A program made the position numbers and the translations under genes. Of a stretch of 64,000 nucleotides of DNA, positions 1 to 12,706 are shown piece after piece. The stretch spans positions 63,841,458-63,905,457 of the forward strand of contig NC_068986.1 of assembly GCF_001194135.2 (NCBI RefSeq). Direction: 5' to 3'. How positions within the stretch are numbered: the stretch's first letter is position 1; every line of letters starts with the position of its first letter. Source of the stretch: Octopus bimaculoides. Its lineage: Eukaryota. The notes under the pieces are model-generated. The model ran no database searches and was not told where the DNA came from. It saw only the letters and a list, made by a program, of their open reading frames with translations.

Positions 1-1560
1 TCTGTACCACTTGATACTTTTTCTGAAGATGGAGATATAACAAGTCATTTGGTCAGATTTATCAACCCCAATTTTAGCGGTATTGTAATCTATGACACTC
101 AGTGGTTTCATTATGTGCCACATCACAATCATCTGAATCAATCTCATCTGCTCCCTGTTTACTATCATCTTGCTTACTGGTAGATTTCCCATAAAATGAT
201 GATGGATTCATGGCTCTGAAATAAGAAAATTTATATAAATTTACATGCAAATGATGAATTCTAAACATATGATTTCACATAGCCAGCCTGGGCAAAGTTC
301 AGAGAGCTCTTACCTCTGCTGGTGACAAAGGGTCTCTCTCTCAGAGTAAAAGGCAGACTGTATGATGCATGTGTACGAACAGCCATGCTTCATGGCAGTG
401 AAACATGGGCCGTGACTGCTGAAGAGATGCGTAGGCTCACAAGGAATGTGTAATGTCAGTGTGCATACTAAACAGTGTAAGTACCTTGAGAGAAAAGTTG
501 AACTTAAGAAGCATCAGTTGTGCTGTGCAAGAGAGACAACTGCGCTGGTACGGTCATGTGGCGACAATGGATGAGGATAGCTGTGTGAAAAAGTGCCACA
601 CCCTAGTAGTGGAGGGAACCTGTGGAAGAGGTAGGCCCAGGAAGACCTGGAATGAGGTGGTGAGGCACGACCTTCGAACATTGGGCCTCACTGAGGCAAT
701 GACTTCTGACCGAGACCTTTGGAAATATGCTGTGCGTGAGAAGACCCGACAAGCCAAGTGAGACCTAAATCCAAGGCCTCTGCCAGGGGTGCAGCCAGCC
801 CACTTATGCATACCTTTCCTTCATTGGACACTAAACTCCACTTGCGAAGACCTGTTGAGGCAAGTGAAATCGAAATCGAATTAAATTCGATGACTGGCAC
901 CCATGCCAATGTCATCTCCTTCATTGGACACGAAACTCAGCTTGCGAAGACCTGTTGGGGCAAGCGAAAGTGAAATCGTGATGGCATCTGTGCCCAGCTT
1001 CACTTTCCTGACACTTGTGCCAGTGGCACGTGTAAAGACATTTGAGCGACTGGCTCCTGTGCAGGTGGCACATAAAATACACCATTTTGAGCATGGCCAT
1101 TGCCAGTACTGCCTGACTGGCCTTTGTATCGGTGGCACGTAAAAGCACCCACTACACTCTCGGAGTGGTTGGCGTTAGGAAGGGCATCCAGCTATAGAAA
1201 CTCTGGAGCCTGGTGTAGCCATCTGGTTCACCAGTCCTCAGTCAAATCGTCCAACCCATGCTAGCATGGAAAGCGGACGTTAAATGATGATGATGATGAA
1301 AGAACAATTCTAGATGCACAGTAGTCGTGACCATATGTGGTGCACAATGCTCAGTATGAAATGATTTCCATTACATCGTGTACCATAATTGGTGCACACT
1401 GGTTGTGACCATATATAGCTCACGATGCTCAGAATGATAAAAATGTTAACTACCCACATCGTGTACCACATGATGCACTAGTTTCATTACACAAAATGAT
1501 TATACTTACATAGAGAGAACGACACACAACCTCTCACTGCGCTGGCTTTCTTGCAACTGA
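1..1560 (-). mobile_element. Decayed, internally deleted piggyBac-family DNA transposon running off the left edge, interrupted by an RTE LINE
   Basis: Minus strand 111->1 reads MKPLSVIDYNTAKIGVDKSDQMTCYISIFRKSIKWYR, matching the piggyBac KP..V.DYN...GVD.SDQ...Y...RK..KWY motif around the third catalytic Asp. An acidic N-terminal-like stretch starts at ATG 211 in another frame. Subterminal-like repeats (gtgaccatat / catcgtgtacca) lie at 1325-1480. The right boundary is uncertain. Confidence 0.7.
283..1298 (+). mobile_element. 5'-truncated RTE-clade LINE (C-terminal ORF remnant plus 3' UTR and (ATG)n tail)
   Basis: Reads AWAKFRELLPLL...KGRLYDACVRTAMLHGSETW (from 286) and ERQLRWYGHV...GRGRPRKTW..VVRHDL (to stop 761), typical of RTE ORF C-termini. 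The 3' UTR has an internal ~100-bp tandem duplication (820-977) and ends catggaaagcggacgttaaatgatgatgatg. Confidence 0.9.
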
Positions 1561-2989
1561 AGCTATACAAGTTACAACAAGATGCAACAGTTGAGTTAGT
1601 ATGCATGGTTTAGAACATCTGGCAAGTTGGAAGCCTATGGTTTAGAAGTTCAAATCCCACATAAATAGACATATAACTATTCTATTGCTTCAGCATCAAT
1701 AAAATAGGTAAGAGATAGCAAAAGAAGAGTAAATATGTGCTGAATGGACAGGAATTTTGAAGTGACAGTTAAATAATTGATGACTCTTAGCTTAAATTCT
1801 GATGGAGCTATTTCTGGCTATATATCATCTCATTAAAGTAGGGATGTATCTTCCACTAATTTAACGTTGTAGTAACTGAGATAAGTAACATATCAGTTTA
1901 ATGTGCTAATCTAGGAAATTGAATTAACATAAAGCAATGGCATGATATGAGCTAAGTTTCTTCATGTTACTGATAAAATGTTGTAAAGGCTCAATAAAGA
2001 CTTGTATATGGATGATTTAATTTGTTATGGCTAATCTAGTGAGGTGAGGATATTAATAAGTTCATGCTTTCATAGATAAACTGTACTAAAACAACTGGCC
2101 AAAGTCACAAAAAATGCAAATAACCCTCTTATTTCAGAGAAGTAGTGTTTGTATTGAGGACTATATATTGCATTGTTATTATAGTCCTCTCTATAGCTCT
2201 CAATACTGACAAAGGTAAATGTACTCAGATTTTTTTTTTTTTTTTCTGGTGAGGAGGATCATTTAGGTAGAAGCCTATGCATTTTTTACTCTTTTGGGGG
2301 AGATTTGCAGACCTGCATCATGTAAGAAAATGCATTAAATTCCCTTAAAGCTAACAAAACATTAGGGCCTTGATATCTGTCATTGTGCTTTTGAACACTT
2401 TTACTTACATCTATTTGGAAAAAGTCATAAATAATTCCAGTTCCAAAGAACTAACTAACTGACTGGCAGTCTAGACTTCCTGTTGCTGCTCAGACTATAA
2501 ATACAAAACAGGCAAATTTCAAATCACCTCTGACCTACTGCTAAACAGATTCTAAGGGAAAATGAAAGGGGAATTCAAAAAGGCTTTTAATTCTGTTCAA
2601 AAAGTAAAAGTAATTGTAATATTACAGCTGTAATACACAAGTACTTTACACAAATACAAAATCCACTCTTCTTACTCTCTGATGTTGAATCAGAGCTTTG
2701 ATGTCAATGCAGGAATTCTTTAACACCTTTTCTTTTATCATTATTTTTGATTATATGCTTCAAGTATCAATCTTATATTATAAAAGAAAAGATAAACTCT
2801 GTCTGTCTGTAACAATAGCTGTGTAGAGAGGGGAAAGAGAGGAGGAGAAAAGTTGTTGAGAAAGAAATACAGTGCAAGAGAGAGAGTGTGTGTGAAAGAT
2901 AAGTAGGTAGTGTTGTCACCTTTGTAACTAACAAGATTTGATTAAAAAGTCATGAATTTTAAGTGCAAGTCTGTCAACACAATGCAATA

Positions 2990-3665
2990 CAGACTTCAAC
3001 ACACACACACACACACACGCATATACATATTTGTGCAGCCATATACAAACACATACACACTTAGCAGTTTGGTAAAAGAGTCTGGTATTATAAGTGCCAA
3101 GCTTTAAAAAAGTAAGTACTGTGGTCAGTCTGTTTAGCTGAAACCCTTCAAGGTGGTGTCCCAGCATGGTCACAGTCCAATGACTAAGAAGTAAAAGATA
3201 AAAACTAATAAAGATGTATATATGCACACACACACACACACACATGCATATACATAGTTGTGCAGCCATATACAAACACACACACACACATATACATAAA
3301 TCTTTTATATTATACCTGAATCATTGGATTGCGGTCATGCTGGGGCACCACTTTGTAGGGTTTAGTCCAAAAATCAACTGCCATACTTATATTTTAAACC
3401 TAGTACTTATTTTATTGGTTCCTTTTGCCAAACTTCTATGTTACAAGAGTGTAAATAAACCAACATCAGTTATCGGGTGGTAATAGGAGATAAACACAAA
3501 GTCATACAGTTACCCCCTCCACACACACAAAAGGCTTCTTGCAGTGGTCTGTCTAATATATTCATCCACTAAGTTTTGGTTGACCCAAAATACTGCATAA
3601 TGGGACTGAACCGAAGATCATATGGTCGGAAAGCTGACTTAATCACACAGCCACACACACACTCA
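2990..3665 (-). mobile_element. Old, diverged SINE fragments of the same tRNA-SINE family
   Basis: Contains degenerate tail and body motifs (aaacccttcaaggtggtgtcccagcatggtcacagtccaatgact; tgggactgaaccgaagatcatatggt...cacacagccac) related to 23302-23706. Confidence 0.6.
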
Positions 3666-5342
3666 TGTACGACACACACTAGGAGATATGTCTAGAATAA
3701 ACTGTCTTTAATATTTCTAATGAAGTACACTGTTTGCATGTTTTAGTTCATTTTGAAATTAACCAAGAATAGAGACTTACTTTGTGAAATAACTTTTTCT
3801 TACTTGAATTGATGCTTTGAACAAATTTAATAAAAAACCATTCTTAACATAAAATTATGAATCAGTTAATGTATAACTTAAATATGAACACTGTGAAAGT
3901 AAGAGATTTGGTATTAAGAATTGAAGATGGTCTCATATGTTGATAGCAAAGGGGTTACATTATATATTAAATCTTTTAATTTAAAGTTAACAAAAACCAT
4001 CTTTAAACATACAAGAGCCAAAATTCTACCTGTTATAAAATAAAATATTGGTACTACATCATCCAAACAGTTAAAAATGTGGCACTTGTAGCCTGTGAAA
4101 ATATAGTGGATAAATATGATGTGCTGAATAAGTAAGGGGTAAGTTGCTTAGCAAACAGTCATGAATTCTGAAGTGTAATTTTCATCTTTAATTCATCTGA
4201 ACATGTGATATCATTGTACTGTGGAGTTGATGCATAGGAGCAAACCAAACTAAATATTCTATTGACAGCATGCTACATCAGATTTGTTCACCTTTTGTTG
4301 GTTTGCTTTTTATTTTATTTATTAGCTCAGTGTGTGAGAGAGGTGGGGATACAGGGAGGGTTAAATCTCTACATTTGTTATTAACAAGACACTTCTTTCT
4401 TCTTCCCCTTCTACTCCTTTCCATTTTTATTCCTTCTGTTCCCCTTCTCTCTGCCTTCTGTTCCTCACCCATGAACTGTTTCTTTTACTCCCTCATCTTA
4501 TTCTTCCCCATTTTCCACCACCTTAAATTATCTATCCCATGGTTGTTTAGTTAGCCCCAGCTATCCAACAATCCCAAGTGTACTTAAAGTCCAAGTAACA
4601 GAAATTGTCCAGATTACTATCAATTCATATGAGCTTGTCAGCTTACAAGAAATAACAACCAAATATCCCTCAAATTACATTCTACCATCTTAAAGCTGAA
4701 AAGAGGAAAAGGCATCTTGCATAATACAGTCAGGATTAAATAAAGCTGGAATGCATTTAATCATAGTTCTGTTTGAGGCTAACATAGAGTTCAACATCAA
4801 CATAGAGTTCAACATCAACAAGTTATGGTTAATTTTTCTACTTATGATTGCAGTAGTATTGCTTCCTAGGTTCAAATAAACTACAGAGTTGGCCCAGATC
4901 AGCTGTGATATAGCAAGCTGACCTATGATAAAAAGTCATTCAAACTATGACCTTTTTTTTTTTTTTTGTCTAGAATAGTGTACTCTAGAGATTATCTAGT
5001 GTGTCCTTTTATAAGACAGTGTCTGGTTTGTAAATTATTTGGTTTATTGATATAATAGCAGCCAGCTGAGTATTTCCTCAACTAAGGTAACTTTAAACAT
5101 ACTCTTGAAATACTTTATCTAATGGGATATTTTCAGTAAATATTGTTTATTTGAAGAGTTTGTTGAAGATGACTGTGAAAGTAGAGTAGTGGCCTGGAAA
5201 CTTGCTGTATGTTGCTAGATATTTCACTTCTCTTTGTTACAAATCCTGTCATAGTAGTTTCTGCTGCCTCTCTCACCCACCCCCAGTCTCTCTTCCATAA
5301 AACAAATACTACTAATATATTGGGAGTCAATGCAGTCAACTG

Positions 5343-5344
<2 letters not shown>

Positions 5345-5410
<66 letters not shown>
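5345..5410. repeat. (TC)n microsatellite
   Basis: Uninterrupted TC dinucleotide run seen directly. Confidence 0.98.
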
Positions 5411-5413
<3 letters not shown>

Positions 5414-6686
5414 AAATAGGCTTGTGCTTAATTAAGCATATGATTATCAATCTGTATAGAACACATCAGTGTTATCAAAAGAATTTTTAACCCAGCTATG
5501 ATATATTATGATGCCTTATTCAGTCAGGACCTCACTGTTCTATGCTCAATTATACTAAAGTGATCTGTTCTGCCTTTTTATCTCATAGTAGTCAATTAAA
5601 TGAATGCCACTAATATGAAAGGAGTGCTTCCATCAACTCTGCTCACTCCCTCTTGTACAAAATTGGCCATCACAGTTGTGTTTAACCTTCTCAAGTTTTC
5701 ATATTAAGTCAGTGGAATGGCAGTAAATACCTTAAAATATTTAACATGTATCTCCATATTCTGAATTTACACTAATTCTAGTCAGGGTCAACTTTGGCCA
5801 TTTCATTCTTCAGGAGTTGATAAAATGTGTGTTAGTAATATGCCAAAGACAATGCAATTCTTGTCATTCAGTGACAAGATTTAGCCTTCCATATTATTAA
5901 AAGGTATCAAACTTTGGGGAGACGTTAAATGTTTAAGAGAATCATTAATAAGATTATAATTTTTCAGATTTTTAACTTCATCTTAGGAGATGAGACATTT
6001 ATTTAATATTTACATGCATACACTGATCTATTTACAAAACCTGAAATAAAATATTTGATCACCACAGGTTCATCTCTAAAAAAAAATTCTAAAAGTATTA
6101 CTGTAGTGAAGTTGTTTGCTTTACAACCATTAGCTTTCAGCTTCAATCAACCTATGTACTTTGAGTGAAATTTAGTAGAGATATTGTGTGGAAGACTATC
6201 ATGTGTCTCTGATGCCCACAACCCTCACTTCTTTTGAAGTGAGAGTTGTGGACATCAGGAATGACATCCAGCCAATTAATACCACCTCATCCAACCCATA
6301 CCAGTAAGGGGTGGGGTAATGGCAGTGGTCTATGCCTCAGTCATCTACACTGTGGAAAAAAGTTCATAGATATTAAAAAAAAAAATCAAATCTGCAAAAG
6401 TGCTTAGCAATATAATGCCATAAATTGTGTTTAACAGAAGACACATCAATATGTTATGCTTAGGATCATGAAGGCACTATAAGAAAAAATATTAAGTGAT
6501 TCACTGTGTGGTTTTTACCTTGTATTCTGTCAGCATTCTTTTTGTTTTCCCCTTCTCTCCTCCCAACAATGTACCATTTACATGAGTACTTTTCCACTGT
6601 GCCACACTCAGAAGAGTAGAGAAACAGACAAAATCTAAAAAAGTAGAAGTTACATTCAGACCTGCCATTGGCTAAAATATTGTATA

Positions 6687-7004
6687 ATCATCATCATCAT
6701 CATTTAACATCCGCTTTCCATGCTAGCATGGGTTGGACGATTTGACTGAGGACTGGTGAAACCAGATGGCTACACCAGGCCCCAATCTGATTTGGCAGAA
6801 TTTCTACAGCTGGATGCCCTTCCTAACGCCAACCACTCCGAGAGTGTAGTGGGTGCTTTTACGTACCACCGGCACGAAGGCCAGTCAGGCGGTACTGGCA
6901 ATGGCCACGCTCAAAATGGTGTATTTTATGTGCCACCCGCACAAGAGCCAGTCCAGGGGCACTGGCAACGATCTCGCTCGAAAGTCCTTACACATGCCAC
7001 GGGC
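6687..7004 (-). mobile_element. RTE LINE 3' UTR fragment, inverted relative to 283-1298
   Basis: Reverse complement closely matches about 1020-1298, including the (CAT)n tail and ccatgctagcatgggttggacgatttgactgaggactggtgaaaccagatggctacacc. Confidence 0.88.
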
Positions 7005-7604
7005 TAAGATTATTATGATTTCCAGCTTAGAAGGCACCAGTTGCCAATGTAATCAGTAATTTTACCTCCCTTAACAGTTTATTGTCTGACAGCCATATTG
7101 TTTTGTCAGCATCTTACTTATACAGATTACAGATTATAATGGAGAAAGCTGCTTATTAATTAGGTATGTAACAGTTATCAAAAGTACTAAAAGAAAACAA
7201 TTATTAAAGGCTTGACCATCTGGAAATATTTTTATAAATTCATGTTCTAAGAAATTTCCTATAATTTCGATTTCTGAAGTTTATTGAATTTTTGAACTCC
7301 AATTTTTCATAAATTTAAATATTTGTTGCATTCAGTGCATCTAATTTTTCACAAATTTAAACATTCATTGCATTCACTGTGAAGTAGATTTTAATGTTTA
7401 ATAGTAAACAATATTAATTCGTTGCAAGCGACATTTTCTGTTTTCATTTGCAACAGTCACTCACTCTCTTTCACCTCTATTTTCATTAATGATAATTTAT
7501 TAATAGCTATATAACTTTTGATACAAGGCACAATTTCAAGAATATTATCAGTTTCTGAAGTTTGTTAAATGAATATTTTTGATAAAATGATATTTTTTTA
7601 ATAT

Positions 7605-8494
7605 NNNNNNNNNNNNNNNNNNNNNNNNNNNNNNNNNNNNNNNNNNNNNNNNNNNNNNNNNNNNNNNNNNNNNNNNNNNNNNNNNNNNNNNNNNNNNNNN
7701 NNNNNNNNNNNNNNNNNNNNNNNNNNNNNNNNNNNNNNNNNNNNNNNNNNNNNNNNNNNNNNNNNNNNNNNNNNNNNNNNNNNNNNNNNNNNNNNNNNNN
7801 NNNNNNNNNNNNNNNNNNNNNNNNNNNNNNNNNNNNNNNNNNNNNNNNNNNNNNNNNNNNNNNNNNNNNNNNNNNNNNNNNNNNNNNNNNNNNNNNNNNN
7901 NNNNNNNNNNNNNNNNNNNNNNNNNNNNNNNNNNNNNNNNNNNNNNNNNNNNNNNNNNNNNNNNNNNNNNNNNNNNNNNNNNNNNNNNNNNNNNNNNNNN
8001 NNNNNNNNNNNNNNNNNNNNNNNNNNNNNNNNNNNNNNNNNNNNNNNNNNNNNNNNNNNNNNNNNNNNNNNNNNNNNNNNNNNNNNNNNNNNNNNNNNNN
8101 NNNNNNNNNNNNNNNNNNNNNNNNNNNNNNNNNNNNNNNNNNNNNNNNNNNNNNNNNNNNNNNNNNNNNNNNNNNNNNNNNNNNNNNNNNNNNNNNNNNN
8201 NNNNNNNNNNNNNNNNNNNNNNNNNNNNNNNNNNNNNNNNNNNNNNNNNNNNNNNNNNNNNNNNNNNNNNNNNNNNNNNNNNNNNNNNNNNNNNNNNNNN
8301 NNNNNNNNNNNNNNNNNNNNNNNNNNNNNNNNNNNNNNNNNNNNNNNNNNNNNNNNNNNNNNNNNNNNNNNNNNNNNNNNNNNNNNNNNNNNNNNNNNNN
8401 NNNNNNNNNNNNNNNNNNNNNNNNNNNNNNNNNNNNNNNNNNNNNNNNNNNNNNNNNNNNNNNNNNNNNNNNNNNNNNNNNNNNNNNNNNNNNN
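7605..8494. other. Assembly gap (N run)
   Basis: 890 N. Other gaps: 10144-10394, 17241-17250, 17951-18659, 24886-25170, 28615-28635, 41333-41561, 59336-59435, 60372-60995. Confidence 0.99.
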
Positions 8495-10109
8495 GATATC
8501 CATTTCCTGGAAATTATGAGGGAAAAAGTCAGATTGTGTGGATTTTCCCAAACTTCTCTCTCCACCCCTTCGGAAAAATTCTTTCCCATAAGTCCCTATA
8601 TAATCTGAAGCCACAACATCTAAACAGTATTTTAGAAAATTTTGTTAAAAAGTATCCATTTTTCTGGATGTTATGAGGCAACAAAGTCGGGTGGGGGGTT
8701 ACATCTGTAGTTATGCTCTTTTATTTATAAGATTTTTTTCATTTCATGTTCATTTCATTCATTGTTTGCAATGTTCACTCTCCCCATCTCTCTCTCACAC
8801 ACACACTGCAAAGCTTACATATGGGCTACTGAATTGAAATCTCTATGTTGCTTTGAGGGGAAGGTAAAACTTAGCAAACTGCTTCCCCCTCTGGAGTTGG
8901 ACTATCTTCATGTTTGTTTAAAAAAGAGATTGATTGTAATAAAATATTGAAAGCAATATTTACTAAGCAAGTGAGCACTATTATACAAAGAAATAATTAG
9001 ACGTAAAATATCAAAAAAATTATTAGAATTTGTAATCAAATGTGAAAATATCAAGTAACTAGCAGAAAACCGCCCAGAGGGTAGTCTTTCTGCTAGTTTT
9101 CATAATAAACCACTCTGTAGAATTTATTTTATAATCCCTACTTAATTTATAAAACAAAATTTTAAGAAAAACACTGCTGAAACTTGACAGAACATCTTGC
9201 GAAATATTATGTTGGTATTATTGGTAGCTTTACTTTTAGAAATCTCTTCCTTATAATGTTAGTTTAATTTCTAAGTTTTAACCTGATTCTTTTTTTAACT
9301 GGGATACAAACAGTCTCGTTTTTTTTTCTTTGTGCTTATGATGGTTATCAGGTCTTTAGTATTTTAATATAAATATTGGTTTCTAAGATTTGTTCATTAA
9401 TTATATGGATTAAGTTTCTGGTGATTATGGATGTTTTTGTCTTTGGAGGAAAGTAAAAAGTGATATGACTGAGGTATATTTAGTAATACAAAGATGGCTA
9501 TTATTTAGCAAAATATCTAATCATCTTTGATGAAGATATAGATTTTAATTTAAAAAACAAATTTAAAAGAGAGTGACAAATTATCAAATAGCGTAATCAA
9601 TATGATGAAATATAAAATCCTCATAATCATCAAACATCATCTTAGTCATGCAAATAACTGTTCAATTTGCTCAATAAAACTATTAGATTCCCTTCACCCC
9701 ACTCTATCTCCAATTACATTTACATGTGTCAAAACCTATATGTGTTGGCTTCACTGATGTACTGGATCTGTAGATTGTCTCCACTCACTTAACTCTGCTT
9801 ATTCAGCTTCCTTAATTGCCCTGGGTGTACACAAGCATCATTTATCTGTATCAGTTAACAGCCATTGATGATGGCAGCATCATTACCATCGTCAGTGTAA
9901 TGGTAATAAATTTGTCATAGTGTTCACCTCTCCAGCCTATGCCAGTGTATAAAGCAACAATGGTATTGGGCATTAGTGATGATTACGCATTTTTTCAAAG
10001 TGTCTTTGCAAGAACTTTGGTTATCTGCATCATTTGACCTAACCAACCTATTCTATTGTTGTTTAAAGTTTTTACATCTATTAATAAAAGGTGTTTCAGA
10101 GTTTTCAGT

Positions 10110-10143
<34 letters not shown>

Positions 10144-11676
10144 NNNNNNNNNNNNNNNNNNNNNNNNNNNNNNNNNNNNNNNNNNNNNNNNNNNNNNNNN
10201 NNNNNNNNNNNNNNNNNNNNNNNNNNNNNNNNNNNNNNNNNNNNNNNNNNNNNNNNNNNNNNNNNNNNNNNNNNNNNNNNNNNNNNNNNNNNNNNNNNNN
10301 NNNNNNNNNNNNNNNNNNNNNNNNNNNNNNNNNNNNNNNNNNNNNNNNNNNNNNNNNNNNNNNNNNNNNNNNNNNNNNNNNNNNNNNNNNNNNNATATAT
10401 ATACACATATATATATTCCCATGGTTTCAAGTTCTGACAGCAAAGAATTGATTGGGTTAAATGGAGCTTACATGTACTTGAAATGCTTCAATGAGAGTTC
10501 TTATCTATTTCTATTGCTTTACACACATGAACTTATGAGCTACTTCCATGTATATTTTCCCCCTTTTAAGATATGTGTACACATGAACAAACATACACAC
10601 ACACACACACACACACACACTAAGCAATACAATTTGATTATTGGTTATATTAGTTAGATAAAACCTCAGCTATTTCTTCAAAATACACTTGCAAAGGAAT
10701 GGAGAAAAGTAATATTCATAACTGAATTTATCCAAGCATCCTATCCACAATCCTTAACAAGCCAGTAGATAACCACAGAAGGCTTTAATTATGTGTGTAG
10801 GAAAGAACATATTAGCTTTGCAGGGTCCATCCCACTTTAGTATATGGACTGCAGCCCAAACTTGTAACTATATAAACAAAGTAAGGTGAAATGAAATATT
10901 TCAAACTAGTGTTAGGTTATCTGATTTATTGAGAGCTTAACATTCACTCTTCATTGCTCACAGATATGACATGAGAAGTGTGTGACATGAACCTCTTTTT
11001 CAGTGTCCTCTTTTCTGTATGATGTTCTCTACAATGTGAGAGATACTCTGCACTGAACACTGGCTGATCAAGGGTTACAACTTCATTTTTTTTCTTTGTC
11101 ATTTTCATTCACTTTCCATGCTGGCAAGAGTTGGTTGACTTGTCAAAGGCCAACTTGATGGGTCAGAGGAACATATCACCCTCATACATTCCATTTTTTG
11201 CTTGGTTTCTATGACTGGAATGTCTTTCTTAATGCCAACCACTTTACAGAGGAGACAAGATACATTGTGTCATGGTACCAGCACTAGATCATCAGCATAC
11301 ATGAGTTCCTACAGGCAGCTAGCTTTAAACTCCTCTGTTTATCTGGAGAACTATAATGAACTAGCAGAGATTGAGAACTGAGGTTTTTTGGATTCCTGCT
11401 TGCATGCTAAATTGATCACTAAACTTGTTTTGTTGTTTTAACTAAGCAAATGATGAATCTTCCATTGATATGATGTGAAGCTATCTTTTGCAGATGAGGT
11501 CCCCTAAATTTCTGAGACCTATGCCTAGCAACCAGATGAGCTGAGGGATATAACATTTTAAATCTTGTACAAATATGCAATTAAATGGTGACAATGAATT
11601 TAAATTTGTACCCTCTGAATTGATTGCCCAGTATATTACCTGCTGAGTTATGTCAGTCCTATGCACTTGCATAAAC

Positions 11677-11678
<2 letters not shown>

Positions 11679-11713
<35 letters not shown>

Positions 11714-11739
11714 GCGCACACGCACACACACACACACAC
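11679..11739. repeat. (AC)n microsatellite with GC interruptions
   Basis: Seen directly. Confidence 0.95.
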
Positions 11740-12493
11740 TTGTAAAATAGAGTATCACTGACCCAGATGTAAATATATGACTTTGCTATAAACAAAAAAA
11801 CAGAAAACTAAATTATATACCAGCATTTATGTTTTAAGTAGCTAATATGACTCTACCACAACACAATTAGACAGACTCTCACATTCTAATCAGTTCTTAT
11901 ACTTGATGACATTCGAGTATTCCACAAGCCTCACTTAAAATGAAACACTCTAGATGAACAAATTTATCACACTTTTAAGTACATAAAGCTAGGAATTGTT
12001 TATATCAGTATTAATTTCTGTCTTCAAGTTTTCACCCTTTTTAGTTATTATTTACTACCCAGGGGACATTTATAAACTATACATATTGGATTCCTGTGTT
12101 GTTTTTCTTTTGTTCTATTTTTGTTTTCATTTTCTTTTCCATTGTTTTAAATTTGAAAATGTCCTTTGGACATTGACAAAAGCATTAGTGTAATTTTCCA
12201 GTCATTACAGTCTTTTGTCTTCTGTTAACAGTAACAATGACTTTTTTTATACCAACCACCCGAAACCAAACATCAGTTTAATGAAATATTTTTCTAAACG
12301 CCTTCTAGATTCATGTTAATTTCAAAATTAATTAAAATATATGGTAACAAAAGGGTTAAGTATGACTACCCTAACCATTAATCATTTCCATTTTCACTTT
12401 TGAAAAGTTTTCTCATCTCAGATTGTTACTGTTTTTTTTTATTACATACTTGTATGTTTTGATTTTCATTTTGTATGTTTCCATTTTCACCAG

Positions 12494-12706
12494 GAGCTGG
12501 ATTTCCTGTCAGAACTATATTTTCCGCCATCCAGATATGCCAAAATTTTTTATCAATATGTGTGGAGAGGGTCAAACTTGGAAGGATTGTAATTGGTTAG
12601 ACAGTGACGATAAGCGCTTACCATTTGATTTGCTCAAATCTTCTGAAGCAGAGACGACATTCAAGAACCATGTCAATGCTTTACAGGAACAGCATAAGAA
12701 ATTAGA
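12494..12706 (+). CDS. RhoGAPp190: p190RhoGAP exon (FF-domain region): [71 protein letters not shown]
   Basis: Acceptor ttttcaccag (AG 12492-12493) and donor GTAAGT at 12707. 213 nt, phase 2 to 2. RLPFDLL..EAE matches p190 RIPFDL..EAE. Confidence 0.92.

Noticed and set aside
453-761. 102-aa ORF as a host gene
   Set aside because: It is the C-terminal remnant of an RTE LINE ORF and lacks the RT and endonuclease domains.
4781-4816. 18-bp tandem duplication (aacatagagttcaacatc x2); similar short duplications near 38905-38945, 53125-53300 and 56579-56625
   Set aside because: Ordinary replication-slippage duplications with no array structure; not CRISPR-like.
1300-12400. Search for upstream p190 GTPase/FF1-2 exons
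   Set aside because: No open segment with p190-like sequence and fitting splice phase was found. They are probably left of the window, though gaps 7605-8494 and 10144-10394 could hide one.
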